64,000 nt of DNA from Candidatus Moraniibacteriota bacterium (GCA_030648835.1 JAUSGT010000002.1:200081-264080); one strand, 5' to 3'. Positions 30,174 to 40,979 are shown, counted from the first letter of the stretch. Numbers and translations are program-made. The notes: generated from the letters alone by a model not told the origin.

Positions 30174-31202
30174 ATGTCACAAAAAGAAGTCAAAAAAAGT
30201 AAATCGGCGCCGTATGAATCGGAACTGCGTCAGGATATCGTCACCGGCGACTGGGTGGTAATCGCGACCGGGCGAGCCAAACGTCCGCAGGAATTTGCTG
30301 AAGGCAAGCGCGTTATCACGGATGATGCCGTTGACCCTTTTGAGAATCCGGAGGAAAGTGGTCAAGAGAAAGACGTACTTATCTATAACCGCGAGGATGG
30401 GGAGTGGAGTTTGCGCGTGTTCCCCAATAAATACCCGGCATTTTCGCGTGGTCGGGCAGCCCGAGAACTTTCCGAGGGACCGTATTTTGCTATGACCGGT
30501 GTGGGGTATCATGAGATAGTGGTGACGCGCGATCCCAAACTCTCCCTTGCTCTTCTGGATGTTTGGCAAGGAGCCGAAGTGTTTGATGCGTATCAGGATC
30601 GATATCTTTCTCTGATGAACAAAAAAAGCGTCAATTATATCCAAATATTCCATAATCACGGCAAAGAAGCCGGTGCGTCCATCGCGCATCCGCACTCGCA
30701 GCTGATGGCGGTGCCGGTTGTTTCGCCGTATATCGCTCTCGAACTTAAAGGAGCGGAAGAATATTTCCTTAGCCACAAGCGCAAGGTTTATAGCGTGATG
30801 ACGGAATATGAAAGCCAAGCAAAAAAACGGGTCATTTTCGAAAACGAACATTTTATCGCTTTTTGTCCTTTTGCTTCGCGGGTGGCTTTTGAAATCTGGG
30901 TAGTCGGAAAACGGGAGAACCCTTACTTCGAACGTATTACCGATGATGAAAAATTTTCCTTGGCGGAAATAACGCAGAAGGCGCTCTATGCAATCTATCG
31001 GGGTCTCGGTGATCCACCCTATAATTTTTATATCCATACCTCTCCCTGCGATGGGAAAGATTATCCGCATTATCAGTGGCATATCGAGATTTTGCCACAT
31101 ACGGCGACTTGGGCCGGTTTTGAGCTTTCCACCGGTATAGAAATTTCAACCATTCAACCGGAAGTGGCGGGAGAGTACTTGCGCGAACAACTGAGTAAGT
31201 AA
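30174..31202 (+). CDS. galT: Galactose-1-phosphate uridylyltransferase
   Basis: RAKRP, VFPNKYP, GASIAHPHSQ, WHIEILP. Confidence 0.92.
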   Translation: MSQKEVKKSKSAPYESELRQDIVTGDWVVIATGRAKRPQEFAEGKRVITDDAVDPFENPEESGQEKDVLIYNREDGEWSLRVFPNKYPAFSRGRAARELSEGPYFAMTGVGYHEIVVTRDPKLSLALLDVWQGAEVFDAYQDRYLSLMNKKSVNYIQIFHNHGKEAGASIAHPHSQLMAVPVVSPYIALELKGAEEYFLSHKRKVYSVMTEYESQAKKRVIFENEHFIAFCPFASRVAFEIWVVGKRENPYFERITDDEKFSLAEITQKALYAIYRGLGDPPYNFYIHTSPCDGKDYPHYQWHIEILPHTATWAGFELSTGIEISTIQPEVAGEYLREQLSK

Positions 31203-31220
31203 CCGGGAGCAATCAATTGT

Positions 31221-32000
31221 ATGCGGAAATTCTATGTTGTTGGAAATCTGAAGATGAATATACTTTCACGTGAGGAAGTGACGCAGTATCTTTCGGTGCT
31301 CAAACGTGAAGCAGAAAACAAACACTATCAGCATGTGACCTTGGTCGTGTGCCCGCCGTTTCTCTATCTTTCCCAATTTGATGACTTGCCTCAGGGCATA
31401 GCAAAAGGTGCTCAGAATCTTTTTTCGGAGAAAAGCGGCGCATACACGGGAGAAATTTCGCCTGTGATGCTCAAGAACGACAATGTGGAGTATGTTATTT
31501 TGGGCCACAGCGAGCGCCGGCGTTATGGAGGCGAGACAAATGAGATGATCCGCGGAAAAATTCTTGCGGCCATCAAACATCATATGACACCAATCGTCTG
31601 TATCGGAGAGACGGAGAAAGAACGTCGCGCGGAAGAAACGGACAGGGCACTCGAGTTGCAGATAAAGACGCTTTTTTCCGGTTTTTCGAAATCGCAGGCA
31701 GAGCGGGTTATTGTCGCTTATGAACCACTCTGGGCTGTCGGAACCGATGTTGTGCCGACTACGGGCGAAATTCTCCAGGTGCGGGTGCTTCTCAGAAAAT
31801 TATTTACCGAAATGTTTGACGCGGAGACAGCAGGGCGGATAGTTATTCTCTACGGTGGTTCGGTCAAGAGTTCTTTCTTGGGAGCGGTTTCTTGGGAGGC
31901 CGAGATGGATGGAGTGTTGGTCGGACGGGAAAGTCTTTTCCCTTATGAACTGGTGAAGATGATGGGTCTTTTTGAAGAAGCAGCGGGAAAAGAATTATAG
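31221..32000 (+). CDS. tpiA: Triosephosphate isomerase
   Basis: GNLKMN, GAYTGE, GHSERR, AYEPLWAVG, YGGSV. Confidence 0.96.
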   Translation: MRKFYVVGNLKMNILSREEVTQYLSVLKREAENKHYQHVTLVVCPPFLYLSQFDDLPQGIAKGAQNLFSEKSGAYTGEISPVMLKNDNVEYVILGHSERRRYGGETNEMIRGKILAAIKHHMTPIVCIGETEKERRAEETDRALELQIKTLFSGFSKSQAERVIVAYEPLWAVGTDVVPTTGEILQVRVLLRKLFTEMFDAETAGRIVILYGGSVKSSFLGAVSWEAEMDGVLVGRESLFPYELVKMMGLFEEAAGKEL

Positions 32001-32097
32001 TCCGTAGTATGTATTGGGTATTACGTAGTATGAAAAAGAAAAATCCAATACGTAACAAATTTAATACTCAATATCAAATACTTAATACCTCCTCACT

Positions 32098-32955
32098 ATG
32101 CTCGTAGATGTCAAAACGATGTTGGAAAAAGCGCGGCTGGGCAAATATGCCGTGGGTGCTTTCAACACCGTCAATTTGGAAACGACGCGAGCGATTATTG
32201 AGGCAGCCAAAGAACTGGCTGCGCCGGTTATTGTCCAAGTGACGGAGAAGACTCTTGATTATGCCGGCGGTCGGGCAATTTTTAATCTGATCAAGAATAT
32301 CGCGGAATTTTACGCGGCGGATATCCCGGTCGGGATTCATCTCGATCATGGTAAGAGCTTTGAGGCGGTGGAACGGGCGGTGGATATCGGTTTTACATCG
32401 GTTATGTATGACGGATCGCGCAAAGAATACGTCGACAATATAATGACAACCAAGAAAATTGTCGACATCGCTCACGCTCGCGGCATCGTAGTACAGGCGG
32501 AACTCGGTAATGTTCCTTACCTCGGCGAGATGCAGATGGAGAATATCCAGTGGGAAAAGTATATGACTGATCCGGATCAGGCACTGCAGTTTGTCAAAGA
32601 GACGGGGGCGGACACTCTGGCGGTGGCTATCGGGAATGCTCATGGTTTTTTCCAGGAACGCAGCGAGCCGGACTATGAGCGGTTGGAGATGATCGCAAAG
32701 CGTGTGGCTATTCCCTTGGTATTGCATGGGGCTTCTGATTGGAACAATGGTCGGGTACAAGAGGTCATCGCGCGTGGCATCAGTTGTTTCAATATTGATA
32801 CGGCGCTCAGATTGGCGTTTATCGGTGGTCTTCGTGAAGCTCTGCACGCCGAAGAGGAAACAGATTTGCGCAAGGTGCTGACCAAGGCCAAGGAGTATAC
32901 CAAAGGGGCAATCAAAGAAAAGATTATCTCTTTCGGGAGTGCGGGGAAAGCATAG
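32098..32955 (+). CDS. fba: Class II fructose-bisphosphate aldolase
   Basis: HLDHG, SVMYDGS, GNAHG, LVLHGAS. Confidence 0.95.
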   Translation: MLVDVKTMLEKARLGKYAVGAFNTVNLETTRAIIEAAKELAAPVIVQVTEKTLDYAGGRAIFNLIKNIAEFYAADIPVGIHLDHGKSFEAVERAVDIGFTSVMYDGSRKEYVDNIMTTKKIVDIAHARGIVVQAELGNVPYLGEMQMENIQWEKYMTDPDQALQFVKETGADTLAVAIGNAHGFFQERSEPDYERLEMIAKRVAIPLVLHGASDWNNGRVQEVIARGISCFNIDTALRLAFIGGLREALHAEEETDLRKVLTKAKEYTKGAIKEKIISFGSAGKA

Positions 32956-32992
32956 GGGGAGAATCAAGAATTATGAATTAAGCATAAAAAAT

Positions 32993-33997
32993 ATGTCAAA
33001 AAAACGAGTAGCCATTAATGGCTTTGGGCGTATCGGTCGGGCGGCATTCAAGATTGCTCTTGAAAAAAAAGATATTGAAGTGGTTGCCATCAATGATTTG
33101 ACGAGTGTCGGCACGCTTGCTCACCTTTTGAAGTACGATAGCGCGTATGGACATTATCGGAAATCGGTAACCGCGAGTGGTGGAAAACTGACGGTTGAAG
33201 GAAAGGCGTTTCCTGTGTATGCCGAGCCGGATCCGCGAAAACTCCCCTGGAAAGAACTCAGAGTAGATGTCGTGCTCGAGTGTACGGGCCGTTTTACCGG
33301 GAAGGATGGCGCGTATGGGCATATTGAAGCCGGAGCGAAAAAGGTGATTCTTTCGGCGCCGGTGAAAGAGGATGATGATTCGGTGCCGACTTTTCTTATA
33401 GGTGTCAACGAAGGGGAGTACAAAGATGAGGAGATTATTTCCAATGCGTCCTGCACGACCAATTCGTTGGCGCCGGTTGCTCAGGTACTCGACGATGTTT
33501 TCGGTATACAGAAGGCGCTTATGACGACGATTCACTCCTATACCGGGGACCAGAATATTCAGGATGGCCCGCACAAGGATTTGAGACGCGCTCGGGCAGC
33601 CGCGCAAAATATCGTGCCGACGACGACGGGAGCCGCTTTGGCGGTGACCGAAGTGATCCCGAAACTTACGGGACTCTTCGATGGTATTGCTGTCCGTGTC
33701 CCGACGATTGTCGTATCGCTCTCGGATTGCACCTTCCTTCTGAAACGCAAAACGACAAAAGAAGAAATCAATCAGGCTTTGAAAAATGCTGCTCTCGATG
33801 TGCGCTATGCGTCGGTGCTTTCCGTTACGGAAGAGCCGCTCGTGTCGTCGGATTTTATCGGCAATCCCTACTCGAGTATCGTCGATCTCTCTCTGACAAA
33901 AGTAGTGGACGGCGATCTCGTTAAGGTGGTTGCATGGTATGACAATGAGTGGGGATATTCGAATCGTTTGGTAGAAATGGTAGAGTTGGTTGGATAA
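32993..33997 (+). CDS. gap: Glyceraldehyde-3-phosphate dehydrogenase
   Basis: INGFGRIGR, SNASCTTN, WYDNEWGY. Confidence 0.98.
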   Translation: MSKKRVAINGFGRIGRAAFKIALEKKDIEVVAINDLTSVGTLAHLLKYDSAYGHYRKSVTASGGKLTVEGKAFPVYAEPDPRKLPWKELRVDVVLECTGRFTGKDGAYGHIEAGAKKVILSAPVKEDDDSVPTFLIGVNEGEYKDEEIISNASCTTNSLAPVAQVLDDVFGIQKALMTTIHSYTGDQNIQDGPHKDLRRARAAAQNIVPTTTGAALAVTEVIPKLTGLFDGIAVRVPTIVVSLSDCTFLLKRKTTKEEINQALKNAALDVRYASVLSVTEEPLVSSDFIGNPYSSIVDLSLTKVVDGDLVKVVAWYDNEWGYSNRLVEMVELVG

Positions 33998-34014
33998 AAA
34001 TGTGAAAGAGAAAT

Positions 34015-35112
34015 ATGGCAAAAACCGTACAGGGACAAAATACTTCGGGAGAAAACAAAAGGCGGTTGCAAGAAATCGCTGAGACGCGATTTGGCGTGCT
34101 TTCAGACGATGAAATTCTTCGTTTTTTGGCTCAGCGCAAGCAACTTTCCGATCTGGAGCGGGAATACGAAAAAGTGCAAAAAGAAGAGGAATTTCGTTTG
34201 GAGCAGGAAAGAAGAAAAGAGGAAAGTTTGAAGGCGACGGAAAAAAAGAAAATTGCTATTCTCGAAAAAATTAAGGAACTCAATAAATCTATTTCCGGAG
34301 AAGTGTCGGATGATGACCTTCTCATTCTCGTTTCACACCGAAGAGAATTGGAAAAAGAATTGGAAGAATTGGGAGGTGGGGCTACTCCGCAAAAAGAAAA
34401 AGTCTCACCAAGACCTGTTTCTCCTTCGCGCGTGGGAGAAAATACTCTCCCCGAAAAGGAATCCCCGAAGACAGCGGTGCCAAACGCCCGGAAAGAAGCC
34501 GCCCCAGGAGACGGAGAGAAAAGAGCTTCAACCGAAGGCTCTTTGCAGAAACTTGCGGGCCACGTCGAAGAAGGATACGGGAGTGAAAAGATACTGAGCA
34601 ATGGGACCCAAGAGGACAGCCAGTTTCATCGTTACCTCGATCAGTTGAAAAACAACGTCGGATCTTTGGGGACACTTCTTCAGGATATGCCACTCGACGC
34701 CAAAAAAAATAAAGCATTTATGTTGAAGGTGGCGGAAATAGATCCTGCTTACGCTATGCACTTCGCGGACAAGGATGCACTCAAAAAGGACGAGAGTTTC
34801 AATATTCAGGTGGTTTCTTTGAAAAACCAACGCAATTCCGGAAACGCCTTGGCTGAGATGCTCCCGGAAGCAAGAACGTCAAAGGTTCTTCTGGCGGCCG
34901 TGAAACAGGACTATCGCAATGTCAGATTTATTCAGCCGAATATGGCGGATTATGAGGAAATGATAAACATAGCGAAGACAGGAGCATTGGAGAAAGTGAG
35001 GAGTCTCAAAGAGGCCGTGGATATGAGGCTGCTTATTCCGAAACTGCTGGGACAGGATAAGCAGTTTATGCTTCAGGTAAAAGAAATGACGGATCCAAAG
35101 AAAGAAGAATAG
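34015..35112 (+). CDS. Hypothetical coiled-coil protein with DUF4116-like C-terminal repeats
   Basis: E/K-rich N-terminus; KxFML..A / VLLAAVKQD repeats (family assignment tentative). Confidence 0.7.
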   Translation: MAKTVQGQNTSGENKRRLQEIAETRFGVLSDDEILRFLAQRKQLSDLEREYEKVQKEEEFRLEQERRKEESLKATEKKKIAILEKIKELNKSISGEVSDDDLLILVSHRRELEKELEELGGGATPQKEKVSPRPVSPSRVGENTLPEKESPKTAVPNARKEAAPGDGEKRASTEGSLQKLAGHVEEGYGSEKILSNGTQEDSQFHRYLDQLKNNVGSLGTLLQDMPLDAKKNKAFMLKVAEIDPAYAMHFADKDALKKDESFNIQVVSLKNQRNSGNALAEMLPEARTSKVLLAAVKQDYRNVRFIQPNMADYEEMINIAKTGALEKVRSLKEAVDMRLLIPKLLGQDKQFMLQVKEMTDPKKEE

Positions 35113-35138
35113 ATTTTCAAACAAATTATGAGGAAGGT

Positions 35139-36734
35139 ATGTATGATATTTTGATAAAAAATGGGACTATCATCGATGGCAGCGGCCGGCCGATGTACCG
35201 TGCGGATATCGCGATCAGAGGGGATTCGATCGTCACAATAGATGATTTGACCGAAGCCAAGGCGGAGCGCGTGATTGACGCGACGGGACAGTATGTTGCT
35301 CCGGGTTTTATTGATGTCAACAACCATTCCGATACGTATTGGCAACTGCTTGCTCACCCGGAACTGGAGAGTCTTCTCTATCAGGGGGTGACGACAATTA
35401 TCGGCGGTAATTCGGGATCATCCTTGGCGCCGCTCTCTGACGCGAAGATCATTCGTTCCATCCAAAAATGGACGGATGTGGAAAAAATCAATTTTAATTG
35501 GCTTTCCATGAAGGACTTTTTGCGGGAGATCGATCGTCGTCGCCCCGCCGTCAATTTTGCCACTTTCGTTGGTCATGGGACGATTCGGCGTGGCGCGATG
35601 AAGGATAAAACACGCGTCATCACACCGGAGGAAATTCAAGTCATGCAAAGAATGTTGGAAACCGCTCTGGGAGAAGGCGCTATTGGGTTGTCTACCGGGC
35701 TTTTGTATACGCACGCGCGTGGTGCTGGGGCAAGAGAACTTTTAGCGCTTGTCAGAACTGCTGTTTCTCAGGGGGGGATATATGCCACGTATGTGCGTGA
35801 TGAAGGACAGGGTCTCGTGAAATCGGTTGAAGAAGCGATTACCGTCGCTCGTGATGCCGGGGCGTCGCTTCATATTTCACACCTCAAGGCGGTGGGGGAG
35901 AATAACTGGCATCTTATGGATGAGGCCTTCAATCTTATCGAAACAGCGGCGCTTTCCGGTCTTGATGTGAGTTTTGATGTCTACCCGTACACGACGACGG
36001 GGTCGGTACTCTATACACTGCTTCCGGAATGGGTGACACAAGAAGGGCGCAAGATGATGCTCGCGCGTTTGAAGGATCCGAGTGTCCGGAGCACTATAGA
36101 AAGAGATATGCGTCAGAAAGAGATTGATTATTCACAAATTCTTGTCTCTTCGTCGGCTTTAAGCAAGATGTTGTCACGCCGCAAGATTTCCGAAATCGCG
36201 GCTTCACAAGGGAAATCCCCGGAAGAAACCATACTTGATTTTCTTATAGCCAGCAATGGTCAGGCAATTGTTTCTTTGGAAGCTCTTTCGGAAAAGAATG
36301 TTTTGAAAGCCATTCAACATCCGTTTTCCATTATTTCGAGCAACGGTGCCGGGTACGATGTCGCGCATGCGAAAACCGGAGAATTGGTGCACCCTCGCAA
36401 TTTTGGAACATTCCCCAAGGTGTTTTCCGAATATGTGCGCAAACAAAAAGCGCTTTCCTGGGAAGAGGCGGTGCATAAGATGAGTGGCAAACCGGCCGTA
36501 AAGTTTCAACTTGAAAAAAGAGGTTTCTTGCAGGAGGAGTATTTCGCTGATATAGTGGTGTTTCAGCCGGAAACCATCACTGATCGGGCTACCATGGAGG
36601 ACCCGTATCAGTACGCGACGGGGATATCCTCCGTTATCATCAATGGTTTTCTGGTGATGGAAGAGGGGAAACTCCTCCCTGGGAAACGACATGGGGTAGT
36701 TCTTCAGAGGAAGAGAGGTTGGTTTGGACGGTAG
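35139..36734 (+). CDS. N-acyl-D-amino-acid deacylase family amidohydrolase
   Basis: IIDGSG, APGFID, HISHLK, DVYPY, HPRNFGTFP, ADIVVF. Confidence 0.9.
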   Translation: MYDILIKNGTIIDGSGRPMYRADIAIRGDSIVTIDDLTEAKAERVIDATGQYVAPGFIDVNNHSDTYWQLLAHPELESLLYQGVTTIIGGNSGSSLAPLSDAKIIRSIQKWTDVEKINFNWLSMKDFLREIDRRRPAVNFATFVGHGTIRRGAMKDKTRVITPEEIQVMQRMLETALGEGAIGLSTGLLYTHARGAGARELLALVRTAVSQGGIYATYVRDEGQGLVKSVEEAITVARDAGASLHISHLKAVGENNWHLMDEAFNLIETAALSGLDVSFDVYPYTTTGSVLYTLLPEWVTQEGRKMMLARLKDPSVRSTIERDMRQKEIDYSQILVSSSALSKMLSRRKISEIAASQGKSPEETILDFLIASNGQAIVSLEALSEKNVLKAIQHPFSIISSNGAGYDVAHAKTGELVHPRNFGTFPKVFSEYVRKQKALSWEEAVHKMSGKPAVKFQLEKRGFLQEEYFADIVVFQPETITDRATMEDPYQYATGISSVIINGFLVMEEGKLLPGKRHGVVLQRKRGWFGR

Positions 36735-36828
36735 TGTTTGGAAACTTCAAAATACAAATTTCAAATTTTAAAATTAGAGACTGAATAAAAACAGTCTGTT
36801 TATGTATCCATCATAAATTTTTTCTGGT

Positions 36829-38232
36829 ATGCTGCAAGAATCATTTTTCAAAGATAAGCGGATTACCGTGTTTGGCCTTGGCCTCAATACGGGGGGTGTG
36901 GGGACGGTCAAATTTCTTGTGGAGCGAGGTGTCCGCGAGGTTATCGTGACTGATATCAAGTCGCGCGAAGAGCTTGAGCCGTCGCTTCAAAAACTGGCGA
37001 AATACAAGAACGTGACGTACGTGCTTGGTCAACATCGGCCGGAGAATTTCACGCACGTTGATATGGTAATCAAAAATCCCGTCATCCCTTGGACGAATGA
37101 ATATGTGAAGTTGGCAGAAAAGCATGGCGTACCGGTAGAGATGGATTCAAGTATCTTTTTTGCGTTGTGTCGGGTACCGATAATCGGTGTGACAGGAGCC
37201 AAAGGGAAGACGACGACGGCGACTTTGATTGCGCATATATTGGAAAAAGCCGGCAAATCCGTTACCCGCGTCGGCATTGGACAGGCAGGCGTTCTCGGAA
37301 CGTTGGGGGATATTACACCGGAAAGCGTTGTCGTGTTCGAGCTTTCTTCATGGCGGCTTTCGGCGCTTGGTCGTCTCAAAAAAAGTCCGCACGTAGCTGT
37401 TTTGACAAATATCTATCCGGACCACCTCAATTATTACAAGACAATGGCCGCGTACATTGCCGACAAAAAAAATATCTTTTTGTTTCAGAAACAGAAAGAT
37501 ATTTTGGTAGCCAGTTTCGATGATGTGGAAATACGCACCATGGCGCAAGATGCCAAAGGAATACTGCTCTGGTTTTCCAAAGGACTGGAGGTCGATGGCG
37601 ATGGCGCATGGGTGAAAGACGAAAAAATATATATACGCAGACAAGGGAGCGTACAGGAGTTGCTTCCGCTCGAACACGTCCCTTTCAAGGGTGAACACAA
37701 TATGGGGAATATTGTGGCGGCGGTTGTTGCAACTCTGGCTTACGGAATATCTCCGAAACAAATTGCCAGCGGGATAAGGAGTTTTGTCGGATTACCGCAT
37801 CGTTTGGAGTATATAGGAGAGAAAAAGGGTGTTGGGTATTACAACGATACGGCGGCGACAATACCGGAAGCAACCATTGCCGCCCTGCGTTCTTTTACGG
37901 AGCCGGTTATTCTTATTGCCGGAGGGAGCGATAAACGCCTGGATTTCGGCACGTTGGCCAAAGAAATTCTTAAACGTTCCAAGGGGCTGATTCTTTTCAA
38001 GGGTGATGCGACGGAAAAACTTTTGCAAGCGCTGAAAGAAGCGCTGCCCGCAGGGGAAAAGGAACGTTCTTTTGAGGTAGTGGAAAGCATGGCTAAGGCA
38101 GTGGAATTGGCAACTCGCGGTGCGGAACCGGGCGATATCGTTCTTCTTTCCCCCGGCGCGACAAGCTTTGGAATTTTTAAAAATGAATTTGATCGTGGAG
38201 AACAATTTCGCAAAAGCGTCAGTGAACTATAA
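36829..38232 (+). CDS. murD: UDP-N-acetylmuramoyl-L-alanine--D-glutamate ligase
   Basis: FGLG, GAKGKTTT, ELSSW, DHLNY, HRLE, NDTAAT, GGSDK, LLSPG. Confidence 0.95.
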   Translation: MLQESFFKDKRITVFGLGLNTGGVGTVKFLVERGVREVIVTDIKSREELEPSLQKLAKYKNVTYVLGQHRPENFTHVDMVIKNPVIPWTNEYVKLAEKHGVPVEMDSSIFFALCRVPIIGVTGAKGKTTTATLIAHILEKAGKSVTRVGIGQAGVLGTLGDITPESVVVFELSSWRLSALGRLKKSPHVAVLTNIYPDHLNYYKTMAAYIADKKNIFLFQKQKDILVASFDDVEIRTMAQDAKGILLWFSKGLEVDGDGAWVKDEKIYIRRQGSVQELLPLEHVPFKGEHNMGNIVAAVVATLAYGISPKQIASGIRSFVGLPHRLEYIGEKKGVGYYNDTAATIPEATIAALRSFTEPVILIAGGSDKRLDFGTLAKEILKRSKGLILFKGDATEKLLQALKEALPAGEKERSFEVVESMAKAVELATRGAEPGDIVLLSPGATSFGIFKNEFDRGEQFRKSVSEL

Positions 38233-38349
38233 CTTGTAGTTGTTACTTTTTCCTTTGTTTCAAACGAATCTTAGCTCCCGGTAATATATTGGTTATTGAT
38301 ACGTCCTTTCAGTAGGGGTTTTGAAGAATCTTTTTAAAATGCAATAGTT

Positions 38350-39585
38350 ATGAACAATCCTCTCGAATCTGCTCGTCAGCAGCTGGCCAATATACAAACC
38401 ATACTAAAAATTGATCCGAATATCTTCGAACGTCTGCTGTACCCCGATCGGATGATCGAGGTGGCGGTACCGGTCAAGATGGATGACGGTACGACAAAAA
38501 TATTTATTGGGTACCGCTGCCAGCATAATAACGCGCGTGGACCGTACAAGGGCGGGATCCGTTTCCATCCTGGCGTGACGCGCGAAGAAGTCATGGCTCT
38601 TTCGATGTGGATGACGTGGAAAACAGCTGTCGTGGATATTCCCCTTGGTGGCGGCAAGGGTGGCGTGATAGTGGATGTCAAACAACTTTCACAGAGAGAA
38701 TTGGAAGCCCTTTCTCGCAGTTACATGCAGGCAATTTTTCCTCTCGTGGGGAAAAATCAAGACGTGCCGGCGCCGGATGTTTCGACGGATGCCCGCATCA
38801 TGGGCTACATGCTTGATGAATATGAGAGTCTTTTGGGTGAGCGTGCTCCCGGGGTGATTACCGGAAAACCGTTGTCCATCGGTGGGTCGCTCGGTCGTGG
38901 CTACGCGACAGCGCAAGGAGCCTTCTATATATTGGAGCGGGCGGCCGAAAAACTGCATCTCGGTAAAGAAGCGAGCGTGTTGATTCAAGGGTTCGGCAAC
39001 GGCGGCGGACATTTGGCACGGATGCTTCATAAAGCCGGCTATAAGGTTGTCGCCATAGCTGATTCGAAAACGACAGTATATCGGAGCGAGGGACTCGATG
39101 TGGTAGAAGTGGATGAACACAAGCGCATGACCGGTGACTTGAAAACTTGTGAAGGATGTGAGAAGCTGCCAATCGATGCGGTACTCTCTCTTCCGGCGGA
39201 CATCCTTGTGCCTGCGGCGCTCGAGAATGCGATTCACGCGGGGAATGCGGATACCGTACAGGCGAAACTCATTGTGGAAATTGCCAACGGACCTACGACA
39301 CCGGAAGCGGAAGAGATGCTTCTCAAGAAGGGGATTACGGTGGTACCGGATATTTTGGCCAATGCCGGGGGAGTAGCTGTTTCGTATTTTGAGCAGGTGC
39401 AGAACGCGATGAACTACTCCTGGACGGAAGCGGAGGTCAATGTCAAACTGAAAGAGAAGATGGAAACGGCCTTTGAGGCAGTATGGGGTGAAAAAGAGCG
39501 TTATACTACATCTGTGCGTATGGGCGCGTACGCGCTCGCTGTGAGACGGGTGGCGCAGGCGATGCAGGATCGCGGGAGGATGTAA
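38350..39585 (+). CDS. gdhA: Glutamate dehydrogenase (Glu/Leu/Phe/Val family)
   Basis: GPYKGGIRF, GGGKGG, VPAPD, QGFGN, ANAGGV.VSYFE. Confidence 0.95.
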   Translation: MNNPLESARQQLANIQTILKIDPNIFERLLYPDRMIEVAVPVKMDDGTTKIFIGYRCQHNNARGPYKGGIRFHPGVTREEVMALSMWMTWKTAVVDIPLGGGKGGVIVDVKQLSQRELEALSRSYMQAIFPLVGKNQDVPAPDVSTDARIMGYMLDEYESLLGERAPGVITGKPLSIGGSLGRGYATAQGAFYILERAAEKLHLGKEASVLIQGFGNGGGHLARMLHKAGYKVVAIADSKTTVYRSEGLDVVEVDEHKRMTGDLKTCEGCEKLPIDAVLSLPADILVPAALENAIHAGNADTVQAKLIVEIANGPTTPEAEEMLLKKGITVVPDILANAGGVAVSYFEQVQNAMNYSWTEAEVNVKLKEKMETAFEAVWGEKERYTTSVRMGAYALAVRRVAQAMQDRGRM

Positions 39586-39627
39586 TTTTCATTTACAAAA
39601 CTTTCTTTTTTCATTCATCGTATTTCC

Positions 39628-39725
39628 CGAACACTTCTGACTCACTCTGTCGAACAGGGAGCTGTCCTGTCGAGACCATCCGTCACGCTCGACTGTTACC
39701 GACTCGCTCGTCACAAATGTTACCG
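39628..39725. repeat. Dispersed hairpin repeat family A, copy 3 (no inserts)
   Basis: Aligns to 2616-2733 but lacks CCTGCCTACCGGCAGGCAGG. Confidence 0.9.
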
Positions 39726-39790
39726 ATAAATACGAGGTGAAGAAAAAAGGAGTCTTTGTAAAAAGAGGTAACTGTTTTAATTTCAAAATT

Positions 39791-40705
39791 ATGTACGATG
39801 TGATAATTATTGGTGGAGGACCGGGAGGAGTGGCAGCCGGAGTGTACGTAGCGCGCAAGCAATTGAAAACGCTGTTTATCACGGAGCATTTTCAAAGTCA
39901 ATCGGCGGTGTCGGCGAGTATTGAGAACTGGATCGGCACTCTCTCGATCACAGGGTGGGAGTTTGCGGGGATGCTCGAAAAGCATTTGCGGGCGCAGGAG
40001 GGGATTGAAATTGTTACGGAAGTGCGGGCGACCGCTGTTTTGGGAAAAGATGGTCATTACGTAGTGAAGACAACTGACAACAAAGAATACGAGACAAAAA
40101 CGATCATTATCGCGGCTGGTGGCCGACATCGTCATCTCGATATCCCCGGCGAAGAGAAGTTCAAGGGCAAGGGAGTTGTCTATTGTTCGACGTGTGATGC
40201 GCCGTTCTTTCGCGGTAAGTCAGTGGCTGTGGTGGGTGGCGGCAATGCGGGGTTGGAAGCTGTGGAGGACTTGTTACCGTACGCATCCGCAATCACGCTT
40301 TTGGTGCGCTCTGGTGTTCTCAAGGGTGATCCGGTGACGCAAGAAAAAGTTTTGGCGTCGGAAAAAGTAAAAGTGATGTACAATGTTTTGCCACAAGCGG
40401 TGTTGGGTGAGACAAATGTGGTCGGGCTGACATATAAAGACGCAAAGACCGGTGAAGAAAAAACATTACCGCTCGACGGTGTGTTTGTGGAAATTGGGAT
40501 GGTACCCAACACTGAATTCGTGAAAGATTTGCTCGACCTCAATCCGCGCGGAGAAATTATTCTTGACCATCGGACCAAGGCAACGTCCAAGCCGGGAATT
40601 TTCGCGACCGGTGACGCCACCGACGCCCCATATAAACAGAACAATATTTCCGCTGGTGATGGAGTAGTCGCCGCCTTGTCCGTGTATGATTACTTGCGCA
40701 GATAG
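39791..40705 (+). CDS. trxB: Thioredoxin reductase / AhpF-like FAD oxidoreductase
   Basis: GGGPGG, YCSTCD, VVGGGNAG, GIFATGD. Confidence 0.88.
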   Translation: MYDVIIIGGGPGGVAAGVYVARKQLKTLFITEHFQSQSAVSASIENWIGTLSITGWEFAGMLEKHLRAQEGIEIVTEVRATAVLGKDGHYVVKTTDNKEYETKTIIIAAGGRHRHLDIPGEEKFKGKGVVYCSTCDAPFFRGKSVAVVGGGNAGLEAVEDLLPYASAITLLVRSGVLKGDPVTQEKVLASEKVKVMYNVLPQAVLGETNVVGLTYKDAKTGEEKTLPLDGVFVEIGMVPNTEFVKDLLDLNPRGEIILDHRTKATSKPGIFATGDATDAPYKQNNISAGDGVVAALSVYDYLRR

Positions 40706-40793
40706 AAGAGCTAACGCAATTAGCCGGATAGATTATAGAAGAGGCTGTTTTCTGAAAAAATGCTTTGTTTGAAGCATTTTTTATGATTTGCTC

Positions 40794-40822
40794 TGGACAA
40801 AATTAACAAAAAGGTGTATACT
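40794..40822 (+). promoter_or_regulatory. Putative promoter of the DGR target gene
   Basis: TGGACA-17 bp-TATACT. Confidence 0.55.
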
Positions 40823-40979
40823 AAGCGGTTCATTAAAAATTCATACTTTTGCCATAGCGAAGAGACTTTTCACATTTTTGGAAGCAAGGCTTCCAAAAAG
40901 AGGTGTTGTGGAAATTTTTTCGCTATGGCAAACTCGAAGACTCGAGAGCCCGCTGGCGTGTATCTGAAAGGAACAGACC

